Shown here in pieces: positions 47,693 to 56,975 of a DNA stretch of 64,000 nt (its first letter is position 1; every line of letters starts with the position of its first letter). The stretch covers positions 164,902-228,901 of the forward strand of contig CAWEYG010000006.1 of the NCBI GenBank assembly GCA_963813155.1. The letters run 5' to 3'. Both the position numbers and the translations under genes were made by a program. Under the pieces are notes generated by a model. It ran no database searches and had not been told where the DNA came from. It saw nothing but the letters and a program-made list of their open reading frames with translations. Source of the DNA: an uncultured Acidobacteriota bacterium. GTDB lineage: Bacteria > Acidobacteriota > Thermoanaerobaculia > UBA5066 > DATFVB01.

Positions 47693-49635
47693 CAGCGCAC
47701 CCCTTCCGCGGATTGAATGCGGTCCCGGGAGCCGGAATCGGGCTCCGCTCCCGCCTTCTCGGCGAGATCCGGAAACGCCGCGAAGACCTTCTCGACGACT
47801 CCGTCGGCGTCGAGCCCCAGAGAAGAGCGCTGGTACGCGGCGGGGCCGTGCTCCACGAACTGGTCGGGGATCGCATGGACGCGGGCCTTCACGCCGTCGA
47901 GACCCTCCTCGTGGAGCGCCTCGAGGACCGCGCTGCCGAACCCGCCCATTCCGAGGTGCTCCTCGATTGTCAGGAGGCGCCGGCTTCGGCGCGCGGACTG
48001 GCGCAGCAATTCGCGATCGAGCGGCTTCGCGAACATCGCGTTGACGACGCCCGCGTCGATGCCCCGCGCGGAGAGCTTTTCCGCCGCCTCGTTCGCCGCG
48101 GCGACCATCGAGCCGTACGCAAAAAGCGTGACGTCCGCACCGTCCCGGAGCAGCTCGCCCTTTCCGATCGGAAGCGCGCGAAGCGGCTCTTCCGCCGGCA
48201 CGCCGAGGCCGAACCCGCGCGGGTACCGGATCGCGAACGGACGGCCGGACTCGATCGCCGTGCGAAGCAGGTGCCGCAGCTCGTTTTCGTCCTTCGGAGC
48301 CGCGACGACGATGTTCGGGATGCCTCTCGTGTACGCGACGTCGTAGATTCCGTGGTGGGTCTTGCCGTCGTCGCCGACGAGTCCCGCGCGGTCGATGCAG
48401 AGCGTCACCGGGAGGTTCTGCAGGCAGACGTCGTGGATGATCTGGTCGTAAGAGCGCTGGAGAAACGTCGAGTAGATCGCGACGACCGGCTTCCATCCCG
48501 CCTTCGCCATGCCCGCGGCCATGATGACGGCATGCTCTTCCGCGATCCCGACGTCGTAGACGCGGGTGGGAAAGCGCTTCTTCACCTCGGTCAGCGCGGT
48601 GCCGACGAGCATCGCGGCGCTGATCGCGACGATCTTCTCGTCCTTTTCCATCAGCTCGATCAGCGTCTGCGCGAAGACCTGCGAATACGTGCGGAGGTTC
48701 ACCGAGCCGGAAGCCGGCGAGGGCGTGCCCGGCTGGTGGAACTTGCACGGGTTCTCCTCGGCGTCGAGGAAACCCATGCCCTTCTGCGTGAGCGCGTGGA
48801 GGACGACCGGCGTTCCGTCCCGGGAGATCTGCTTGACGGTCTTGAGCGCCTCTTCCATTTCGGCGAGGTTGTTGCCGTCGATCGGGCCGAGGTACTGCAG
48901 TCCCATCTCTTCCCAGATCCGGTTCGGGAAGAAGAGCCCCTCGACGGACGTCTTGAGCTTGCGCGCGATGTCCCAGGCCTGTTCGCCGAGCGGGAGTTTC
49001 GAGAAAAGTTTCTCGCCCGCCTCGGTCAGCTTCTGGTACTTCGGGTGCAGGACGAACTTGTTGCGCCAGTGCGCGAGCCAGCCGACGTTTTCGGAAATCG
49101 ACCACCCGTTGTCGTTGAAGATCACGACGAGGCGCCGGGGGTTCAGATGAACGATGTTGTTGAGCGCCTCGTAGCTGGTGCCGGAGGTCAGCGCGCCGTC
49201 CCCGACGACCGCGACGACGTACGGTTCCTCCGGGTCGTCCTGCAGGGCGACCGACATGCCGACGGCGTAGGAGAGGCCGGTCCCCGCGTGCCCGGCCGCG
49301 AGGGTGTCGTGCGCGCTTTCCATGGGCTCCGCGAAGCCGGAAAGGCCCCCCGGGGTCCGGATCGTCGCGAATTCCTTCCGGCGGCCGGTGACGAGCTTGT
49401 GCGTGTAGCACTGGTTGGACGTGTCCCACACGATCTTGTCCTTCGGGCTGTCGAAGGCGCGGTGGAGCGCGAGCGTGAGCTCGACGACGCCGAGATTCGA
49501 AGCGAGGTGGCCCCCGGTTTTCGTGATCGTCTCGACGATGACGTCGCGGCATTCCCGAGCCAGAAGGGCAAGGTCCTCCGGGCTCAGGGTTTTGAGGTCT
49601 TTGGGGCTGTCGATGTGGTCGAGGATGGACTTCAA
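47689..49635 (-). CDS. dxs: 1-deoxy-D-xylulose-5-phosphate synthase
   Basis: GGHLASNLGVVEL, GDGA...NDN ThDP motif, GIAEEHA, YSTFLQR and DRAGLVGDDG.THHG motifs. Confidence 0.93.
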   Translation of the reverse strand: MKSILDHIDSPKDLKTLSPEDLALLARECRDVIVETITKTGGHLASNLGVVELTLALHRAFDSPKDKIVWDTSNQCYTHKLVTGRRKEFATIRTPGGLSGFAEPMESAHDTLAAGHAGTGLSYAVGMSVALQDDPEEPYVVAVVGDGALTSGTSYEALNNIVHLNPRRLVVIFNDNGWSISENVGWLAHWRNKFVLHPKYQKLTEAGEKLFSKLPLGEQAWDIARKLKTSVEGLFFPNRIWEEMGLQYLGPIDGNNLAEMEEALKTVKQISRDGTPVVLHALTQKGMGFLDAEENPCKFHQPGTPSPASGSVNLRTYSQVFAQTLIELMEKDEKIVAISAAMLVGTALTEVKKRFPTRVYDVGIAEEHAVIMAAGMAKAGWKPVVAIYSTFLQRSYDQIIHDVCLQNLPVTLCIDRAGLVGDDGKTHHGIYDVAYTRGIPNIVVAAPKDENELRHLLRTAIESGRPFAIRYPRGFGLGVPAEEPLRALPIGKGELLRDGADVTLFAYGSMVAAANEAAEKLSARGIDAGVVNAMFAKPLDRELLRQSARRSRRLLTIEEHLGMGGFGSAVLEALHEEGLDGVKARVHAIPDQFVEHGPAAYQRSSLGLDADGVVEKVFAAFPDLAEKAGAEPDSGSRDRIQSAEGVRW

Positions 49636-50620
49636 GTAACTCTCCCGCCGCATGATATCGAAAATATGGCGGGCTCGTTGCGGTCGAGCGCGCGCTCCAG
49701 GCGCTTCGCGATTCGGAAGACCTCCGGCCGGGACACCTTTGCTCCCGCGCCGGACTTCTCGATCCGGTCGAGCGAGGCCCACGCGAGCTCCACGGGGAGG
49801 GCCGTGAAACCGACGAGGCCGCGGGGCGCGCCCGCTTTCTGCAGCTCGAGGACGTATTCTCCGGCGCGGCCGAGGTCGTTTCGGGCGAGGGCGAAAATCT
49901 CCGCGCGGTCGACCCCGGGGGGAAGGTAGCGGCGGCCCTCTTTCAGGTCGGAAAACGAGTCCTTCAGGATGTTGACGAGCTGCAGGCCCTCGCCGAAGAG
50001 GGGAGCCCGCTCCCGCAGGCTTGCTTCGATCTTCGACAGTCCGCCGCGAAGAAGGAAGAGCTCCGTCAACATCTCGCCGACGATTCCAGCCACCGCGTAG
50101 CAATAGCCGCGGAGATCGGCGACGTCCGCGAGCACGAGGTTGCCTTCCGGCGACATCCGCGAGACGAACGAGGCCATGCCTTCCGCCGAGCGCCGGACGT
50201 GCGACGCCGATGAGCTCCCGGGCGGGAGCGGAGAGCGACTCGAAATCCCGCAGCACGGAAGGCGTCTCCCTCAGCAGCTCGAGGTAGCCCTCGTGCGCGC
50301 AGGGGGGCGAGGCAGTCCACCGGGCCGAGAGCTCTTCGCGGCCTGGCCCGGGCGCCGACCTCGCCCCGCCGGCCCCCTCTCCAGCTGGAGAGGGGGTGGC
50401 CGAAGGCCGGGGGTGAGGTCGTGCGAGAATCTCTCGCGAAGTCCGCGAGCGCCTTGCGCCGCTCCTCCGGAGCCCACAACTCCGCGTCCTCGAACGTGTC
50501 CGCGATGCGAAACAGCAGATAGGCGACCGAGACCTCGCGGCGCGTCGGCTCGGGAAGCAGCGGGATCGAGAGCGCGAACGTGCGGCTGGTTTTTTCGAGG
50601 AGATCGTCGAGGTCGGCCAT
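49632..50620 (-). CDS. Squalene/phytoene synthase family protein (single-enzyme squalene synthase-like); frameshifted
   Basis: TSRTFALSI, YLLFRIADTFED, YCYAVAGIVG and GLQLVNILKD...D..EGR.YLP motifs. Confidence 0.85.
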
Positions 50621-51377
50621 CAGTGCACTCGAATCGTACTGCAGCAGGGTTTCGACGAACCGGGCGAGGAGCTCGCTGCCGACGCGAACGCGGCGCCGAA
50701 GCTCGAGGAGCCTCCACGCGGTCGCGGGGCGGAACAGGACACCGCGGGCGACGCAGCCGCGCCGGATCGGGCCGCCGGGGATCTGGCACGCGGAGAGGAC
50801 CTCCGGCAGGTCCTCGCCGGCCCCGTCGGAGATCGCGCGGAGCGCCAGAAACGGGACTTCCCGCTCCGCCGCGGCGCGAGACCAGCACGCCGACTCGAGA
50901 TCGACGGCCGCGGGACGGCCCGGGGGAAGCCGGGCCGCGAGCTCGCGCCGCCGATCGGCCGCGCCGACGACCCGATCGGCCGTGAAGAGAATCGCCGCGG
51001 TCGCGTCCGGCGGCGCCCTGGCCCGGTCGAGCCAGGCGGGAGCCGGGCCGGGAGCTTCTCCGGCGGAATCGAAGACTCGCTCGCCGAACACGATCGTCCC
51101 GGGCGGGAGATCCGGCGTGACGGCGCCCGCGACCCCGGCCCCGATCAGGGCCTCGGGCCGGTCTCCGGCGAGGAGGGAGCGGGCTCCGCGCAGTGCGTTC
51201 CCGTTGCCGTCTCCCGTGCAGGCCAGGAGGACCGGCCGTGCGCCCGAGCCGTCCCCGCCACAAACGCGCGCCGTCGCGGCGTTCGGCGGCGCGGCCGCTC
51301 AACCGGGAGAGGAGCGGCGCGAGCTCCTCGGGAAGGGCGGTCACGACGGCGATGAAGCCGCCGTCACCCACGAACAA
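50621..51377 (-). CDS. hpnG: HpnG-like nucleosidase/phosphorylase; frameshifted
   Basis: VVTALPEE, G.AG, AVDLES and FLALRAISD motifs of the PNP/MTAN family; lies in the hpn operon. Confidence 0.72.
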
Positions 51378-52350
51378 ATCCGTTCGCTCGGAACCACGCG
51401 ACGGCGCGTTCCAGCGCGCTCTCCACGGAGCTCTGCGGAAGGCCGAGCTCGCGAACGGCCTTCGCCGGGTCGAAGTACATCCGGTGGCGCGACATGCGCG
51501 CGGCGTCGAGGGCGACGCGCGGCTCCCGGCCGGCGAGGCGGGCGAAGGCCGTGTCGACCGCTCCGACGGCGACCGGGACCCACGATGGCAGCCGTACGCG
51601 CGGGGAAGGAATCCCGGTGAGGGAAGAGAGTGTGTCGAAGATCTCCTTGAGCGACATGTCGCGGTTGCCGAGGATGTACTTCTCTCCGGGCCTTCCCTTC
51701 TCGGCGGCGAGGAGGTGCCCCTCCGCGACGTCGCGCGCGTCGATCAGGTTCAGGCCGGTCTCCACGTAGGCCGGCATTCGGCGGTTCAGGAAATCGACGA
51801 TCATGCGGCCGGTCGGGGTCGGTTTGACGTCGAGCTCGCCGACCGGCGTCGACGGGTTGACGATGACGACCGGGAGGCCCTTTCGCGCCCACTCCTCGGC
51901 GACCCGCTCCGCGTCGAACTTGCTCGCCTTGTACGCGCCGATCATCTCGCGGCGGGAAACGGGCGTCGTCTCGTCGGCGGGGACCCCCGCCCGTCCGCGT
52001 CCGAGCGTCCCGACGGAGCTCGTGTACACGGCGCGACCGACGCCCGCCTCCGAGGCGGCGCGAAGGAGATTTTCGGTCCCGGCGACGTTCGTGCGGAAGA
52101 CCTCGCGCGGATGACGCGCGAACAGGCGGTAATCCGCCGCGCAGTGGTAGAGCGTGTTCGCTCCGCGGACCGCGCGAACGAGGGACGGCGGGTCGTTCAG
52201 GTCGCCCTCCGCGAGCTCGACCGGAAGGCCGTCGAGATTGCCGCGAGGGCTCGAGTTCCGCACGAGGCAGCGGACGGATTCTCCCTTTCGCAGGAGGGCG
52301 CGGACGACGTGAGCCCCGAGGAAGCCGGTGCCGCCGGTGACGAGGTTCAC
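51364..52350 (-). CDS. hpnA: Hopanoid-associated NAD-dependent epimerase/dehydratase HpnA
   Basis: TGGTGFLG, HCAADYRL, YKASK and VNPSTPVG.D.KPTPTG motifs. Confidence 0.93.
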   Translation of the reverse strand: MNLVTGGTGFLGAHVVRALLRKGESVRCLVRNSSPRGNLDGLPVELAEGDLNDPPSLVRAVRGANTLYHCAADYRLFARHPREVFRTNVAGTENLLRAASEAGVGRAVYTSSVGTLGRGRAGVPADETTPVSRREMIGAYKASKFDAERVAEEWARKGLPVVIVNPSTPVGELDVKPTPTGRMIVDFLNRRMPAYVETGLNLIDARDVAEGHLLAAEKGRPGEKYILGNRDMSLKEIFDTLSSLTGIPSPRVRLPSWVPVAVGAVDTAFARLAGREPRVALDAARMSRHRMYFDPAKAVRELGLPQSSVESALERAVAWFRANGFVRG

Positions 52351-52375
52351 CGCGGGAGACCGGAAGCCGCCCGGA

Positions 52376-53377
52376 TCAGCCGAAGAGGTTCCACGCCGCG
52401 AGCCGAACCATGTCGCCGGGATGCTTCGGAAGATCCCGGACGACCGAGGCTTCGAATCCCGAGTGCATGGCGCAGTTCTGGCAGAGGGGGTCCTGCCGCG
52501 ATTCCCAGTAGTCCCACGGCGTGCCGTTCCAGAACTCCTCCCAGGAATCGGAGTACGTCTTTCCGATCAGGTAGCACGGGCCCTTCCATCCCTTCGGGGT
52601 GTACGTGACCGTGCTCCAGGGCGAGCAGCGATAGTCGCGCAGCCCCGCCGCGAACTCGAGAAACATCGGCGTGGAGGTCAGCCGGTACTTCTTCGAGATC
52701 TCCAGCACGCGGCGGAACTTCTGCTGGATGCCGGCGCGGGTGAGGAACATGTCCTGCTCGACCGATTCGTAGTGGTAGCCGGGGGAGACGAGGAGCCCCT
52801 GGACGCCGAGGCTCGTCAGAAGCCGGCAGACTTCCTCCACCTCCTCGATGTCGGTCTCCTTGAAGACGGTCATGTTCGCCATGAGGTGGTGGCCCTCGGC
52901 GACGCCCTGGCGGATCATCTCGACGGCCTTGTCGAACACGCCGTCGCTCGCGCAGACGCGGTCGTGCGTTTCGCGCATGCCGTCGAGGTGGACGTTGATC
53001 GTCAGCCGCTTGTGCGGCGGAATCACGCCGTAGACCTTCTTGTCGAGGAGGAGGCCGTTCGTGCAAAGGTAGATGTGGCGCTCGCGCTCGATAATTCCGG
53101 AGACGAGCTCCGGAAGCTCGGGGTAGATCGTCGGCTCGCCTCCGCAGATGGAAACGGCGGGCGCCCGCGAGACGTCGACGGCTTCGAGGCACTTCTCCAG
53201 AGGAAGCCGGTCCTGAATCTTTCCCGTGTGGCGTTCGATCGCGCAGCCGAGGCACGCGAGGTTGCACGTGTAGAGGGGCTCCAGCATCAGCACGAAGGGA
53301 TAGCGCTTTTGCCCGTCCAGAGCGTTTCGCACCTGGTGCTTGATCATGTCGGTCGTGACGTGGAGTGGAAATCTCAT
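52376..53377 (-). CDS. hpnH: Adenosyl-hopene transferase HpnH (radical SAM)
   Basis: PFVLMLEPLYTCNLACLGC, GGEP, LCTN, GWKGPCYL and CQNCAMHSGFE motifs. Confidence 0.93.
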   Translation of the reverse strand: MRFPLHVTTDMIKHQVRNALDGQKRYPFVLMLEPLYTCNLACLGCAIERHTGKIQDRLPLEKCLEAVDVSRAPAVSICGGEPTIYPELPELVSGIIERERHIYLCTNGLLLDKKVYGVIPPHKRLTINVHLDGMRETHDRVCASDGVFDKAVEMIRQGVAEGHHLMANMTVFKETDIEEVEEVCRLLTSLGVQGLLVSPGYHYESVEQDMFLTRAGIQQKFRRVLEISKKYRLTSTPMFLEFAAGLRDYRCSPWSTVTYTPKGWKGPCYLIGKTYSDSWEEFWNGTPWDYWESRQDPLCQNCAMHSGFEASVVRDLPKHPGDMVRLAAWNLFG

Positions 53378-55330
53378 TCAGCGGCCTCCGCGCTCGCCGA
53401 AAAGAGGGCGAGCGCCCAGAGCGGAAAATACGTTGCGTACAGATGGTAGCGGAGATAGAAGACTTTCGGGAAGCCGGTCCCTGTCCACGCTTCGTCCTCC
53501 CACGACCCGTCCTCGGCTTGCCGGGAGGCGAGGTAGTCGACGCCCCGAAGCACCTCCGGCGAGGAGAAGTCGCCGCCCGCGAAGAGGGCCATCAACGCCC
53601 ACGACGTCTGCGAGGGCGTGCTCGGCCCCAGGCCCTTGGTTTCCGGCCGCTCGTAGGAGAGGGGGAGCTCGCCCCAGCCGCCGTCGCCGTTCTGGCAACG
53701 GCGCACCCATTCCCCGGATCGCCGGAAGGAGGGAGAAGAGAGGTCGACTCCGGCGGCGGCGAGCCCGCGCAGCGCTAGCCACGTGCCGTAAAGGTAGTTG
53801 CATCCCCAGCGGCCGTACCAGGTGCCGTCGGCCTCCTGTTTCTTCAACAGGAACCCGACAGCCCGCCGCACTTCGGCGCGACCCGGATCTATTCGCAGGC
53901 AGCGAAGGGCCTCGAGGGTGCGGCCGGTCACGTCTTCGCTGCTCGGGTCGATCATCGCGTTGTGGTCGGCGAAGGGAATCAGCGTGAGAATCTCGTTGTC
54001 GCAACCGCGATCGAACGCCGCCCAGCCCCCGTCGTCGTTCTGCATCGAGAGGAGCCATTCGAGGCCGCGCGAAACCGCCTCCGCGCGCTTTCGGTCTTCC
54101 TCGCCATCAGGAAGGCGAACCTTCGCGAGTGTCGTGAGCACCTCGGCCGTGTCGTCGCAATCGGGATAGAACTCGTTCGCGTATTCGAAATACCAGCCTC
54201 CCGGCGCCGCGTCCGGATTCGACTTCACCCAGTCGCCGGGCGACCGGATTTCGTGATCGAGCAGCCACCGCGCGGCTCGCGCGAGCGCGGGATCGTCCGC
54301 CGCGCTGCCCGACTCGACGAGCGCCTGCATCGCGATCGCGGTGTCCCACACGGGCGGAAAGCAGGGCTGGATTCGGAGGGCGTCGCCGTCCTCGAGCTCG
54401 AGCTTTTCCAGCTCCCGGAGCTGGCCGAGGAAGACGGGATCGTCCGGCGCGTAACCGAGGGAGCGAAGCGCGATCAGCGTGTTGATGATCGGAGGAAAAA
54501 TCGCTCCGAGGCCGTCGCTCTTCTCGAGCCGTTCGAGCGTCCACGATTCGGCCCGGCCGATCGCTTTCTTCGCGGAGCGGGCGGATTCGCAAACGCTCGA
54601 CGAGCTTGACGCCCCGATCGATCGCGTGGAAGAACGCGACCCAGAATCTCTCGCGGAGGGTCGCGCGCTTCGCGACACTCGGGCGCCGTCCGGTCCGCAG
54701 CTCCGAGATGCCGAGCTCGCCGGGCACCGCGCACGACGGCTTCAACGCCCAGACGATCGACAGCGGGACGACGATGTTCCGCGACCACGACGACATTCGG
54801 TAGATGTTGAAGACGAACCGGTCGGGAAGCAGGAGGATCTCCGGCGGAACCGCGGGGCAGCCGCTCCAGTCGAACTGTCCGAAGATCGAAAGGTAGATGC
54901 GGGTGAACGAATTGCAGGCCTCGATTCCGCCGAGCTCGAGGATGACTTCGCGTGCCCTCGCCATGTGCGGCGCCTGCGGGTCGTCGCCCGCGAGCTTCAG
55001 CACGAAATACGCCTTGACCGAGGAGCTCACTTCCGGCGGTCCGTCCGGATAGATCGCCCAGCCGCCGGTCGGAAGCTGCGCCCGCCGCAGATGTTCGGCC
55101 GTCTTTCGCAGCTTCGGGTGATCGAGGGCGCGGCCGAGGAAGTAATGAACGAGCGCGTACTCCGACTCGAGGATCGTGTCGCCCTCGAGCTCGCCGCACC
55201 AGTGGCCGTCCTCGTGCTGGATCGAGAGGAGGTAGTCTCTCGCCGCGGCGATCGTCTTTTCGACGTCGGCCCGAGTCGCGCCCAGGTCGAGGGCGCTCTC
55301 TGACGGTGCGTATTTATTGAGCGGGGTCAT
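53374..55330 (-). CDS. shc: Squalene-hopene cyclase (frameshift near 54556)
   Basis: QW repeats (QHEDGHW, QNDDGGW, QEADGTW), DCDDTA catalytic motif and TGTGFPKVFYLRYHLY. Confidence 0.96.
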
Positions 55331-55745
55331 ATACCTCCGGAACGCAACGTTCCCGCCGCGGATTCTCGCTGATGCCTCGCGGGGACGCAAGTTGCTCGCC
55401 AGGACGCGATGAACGAGAGATAAACGCCGGAGCCCAATCCACGAGCGAGACTTCAAGGGTGGGCGTCCTGGTCGGCGGGGGACAAGCCTCCGAGATCCGA
55501 AGGCGAGTTGTTTGAGCCGCCGTCTCGTGCGCCAAGCCGAGCGTTCCAGGTTACAAGCTGAACCACTTTGCGATCGCAAACGGCATAACGAATAGCGCCG
55601 CGAAGGCGATGGCGCAAGGCGGCGAGTTCTCGCCGCGGTCGAGGAGGCGTGTTCCCCGCCGGCACCTGCGCCGCGATTGGACCGAGCGAGCCTCTCGCTT
55701 GCGGACCCTACAACTCCGCGAGATACTGCCGGCGCGAGCCGCTCT

Positions 55746-55822
55746 GGGGCCGTAGCTCAGTTGGATAGAGCGAGAGTTTCCTAAACTCTAGGTCGCCGGT
55801 TCGAGCCCGGCCGGTCCCACCA
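55746..55822 (+). tRNA. tRNA-Arg (anticodon CCT)
   Basis: Full cloverleaf: GGGGCCG/CGGTCCC acceptor, GCTC/GAGC D arm, AGAGT-TTCCTAA-ACTCT anticodon arm, GGTTCGAGCCC T arm, encoded CCA. Confidence 0.97.
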
Positions 55823-55864
55823 GATTTCGCTCCCTTCCGCTTTTTGTGGCGCGAAATCGCGTGT

Positions 55865-55893
55865 TTGACTTACGCCTTTGTTACGCCTAGAGT
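55865..55893 (+). promoter_or_regulatory. Sigma70-like promoter of imuA with a direct-repeat operator candidate
   Basis: TTGACT-N17-TAGAGT, with TTACGCCT at 55870 and again at 55881. Confidence 0.65.
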
Positions 55894-55913
55894 GAGCGCC
55901 CTGGAGTTGACCC

Positions 55914-56972
55914 ATGGCTCTCCTTTCCCTCTCCGAAAAGCTCGCGACCCTCGCCGAAGCGTTTCCGCGCGGAACGGGAGTTCTTCGCGCGTCGGAAATC
56001 GCCGCGCCGCGAAGGCTTTCGCTCCTGGCGACCGGCATCGGCCGACTCGACGCGCTTCTTTCGGGAGGACTGCCGCGCGGCAAGCTCGTCGAGATCGTCG
56101 GGGGGCGTTCGTGCGGGCGGCTGGGAATCGCGCTTTCGACTCTCGCGGCCGCGACCCGGACGGGGGAGAACGCCGCGTTCATCGATCTCGGCGGCCATCT
56201 CGACCCGCGCGAAACGCAGGCGGCCGGCGCGCACCTCCCGCGCATCCTCTGGGTCCGGCCGGGACGCCTCCAGGACGTCGTTCTCGCGGCGGAAGTCGTC
56301 CTTTCCGCGGGCTTTTCCCTCGTCGTCGCGGATCTCGGCGTTCCTCCTCTCGGACGCCGCGTTCCCGACGCGTCCTGGGTGAGGCTTGCCCGGAGCGCGG
56401 AAGGCCATGCGAGCGCGTTTCTCCTGCTCACCCCGTACGCCGTCGCGGGCCCGGCGTCGGAAGCGGTCGTGACCGTGCGCCGGCGGCGGGCCGCTTGGAG
56501 CGGAACGGGAGATTCGCCGCGGCTGCTCTGCGGAATCGAGGCGCGATTCACGCTCGAAAAGAAACGCGGCGAGCGGCCGGGGAGGGTCGAAGAGGCCCGG
56601 TTCGAGACGGAAGAGGCGATCGGATCGGAAGCTCGCTCGGCACGGCGTCGGGGTCCTGCCGGCGGCCACCCCGCGGAAATCCTCGGCACGGGCCACACCG
56701 GTTCGTTTTCGAGTGAGATCGTCGGGCGGCCTGCGGGTTCCGCAGGGTCCCTGGCCGCCGTCACCCCCTCCGTGCCTTCGCTCGGATGTGGGGGTTCCGC
56801 CTCCGAGCGAAGCCGGCGGAGCGGCCCGGGGCCAACGCGTCCCGCGCAGGCTGGTCTTCGAGAACCCGAGGGAAAGCGAACTGCGGCCGAGGGTCGAGAA
56901 GACTTGCCGAGCGGGGCGCTGGGGCTGGCCGCGACGCCGGCGAGCGAGGCTCTCCCGGCGAATTCCAGGTAG
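55914..56972 (+). CDS. imuA: ImuA (RecA-like mutasome accessory protein); last about 115 codons read through repeat DNA
   Basis: TGIGRLDALLSGGLPRGKLVEIVG, degenerate P-loop, AFID and LPRILWVR; lies upstream of imuB-dnaE2. Confidence 0.8.
   Translation: MALLSLSEKLATLAEAFPRGTGVLRASEIAAPRRLSLLATGIGRLDALLSGGLPRGKLVEIVGGRSCGRLGIALSTLAAATRTGENAAFIDLGGHLDPRETQAAGAHLPRILWVRPGRLQDVVLAAEVVLSAGFSLVVADLGVPPLGRRVPDASWVRLARSAEGHASAFLLLTPYAVAGPASEAVVTVRRRRAAWSGTGDSPRLLCGIEARFTLEKKRGERPGRVEEARFETEEAIGSEARSARRRGPAGGHPAEILGTGHTGSFSSEIVGRPAGSAGSLAAVTPSVPSLGCGGSASERSRRSGPGPTRPAQAGLREPEGKRTAAEGREDLPSGALGLAATPASEALPANSR
56760..56960. repeat. Mosaic of family B palindromic units between the imuA core and imuB
   Basis: About 56805-56853 is the reverse complement of about 62107-62157. 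About 56905-56955 is the reverse complement of about 58873-58922 and similar to 61952-61992. Confidence 0.75.
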
Positions 56973-56975
56973 CGC

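Noticed and set aside
47689-50256. 855-aa DXS, 945-aa IspH and 1017-aa GT ORFs as novel fusions
   Set aside because: The extensions are off-frame read-through of adjacent genes. Plausible starts with overlaps or RBS exist at 49635, 47692 and 4031.
55375-55500. c-di-GMP-I riboswitch suggested by gggacgcaa
   Set aside because: It is on the wrong strand for shc, and the other conserved elements are not in the right arrangement.
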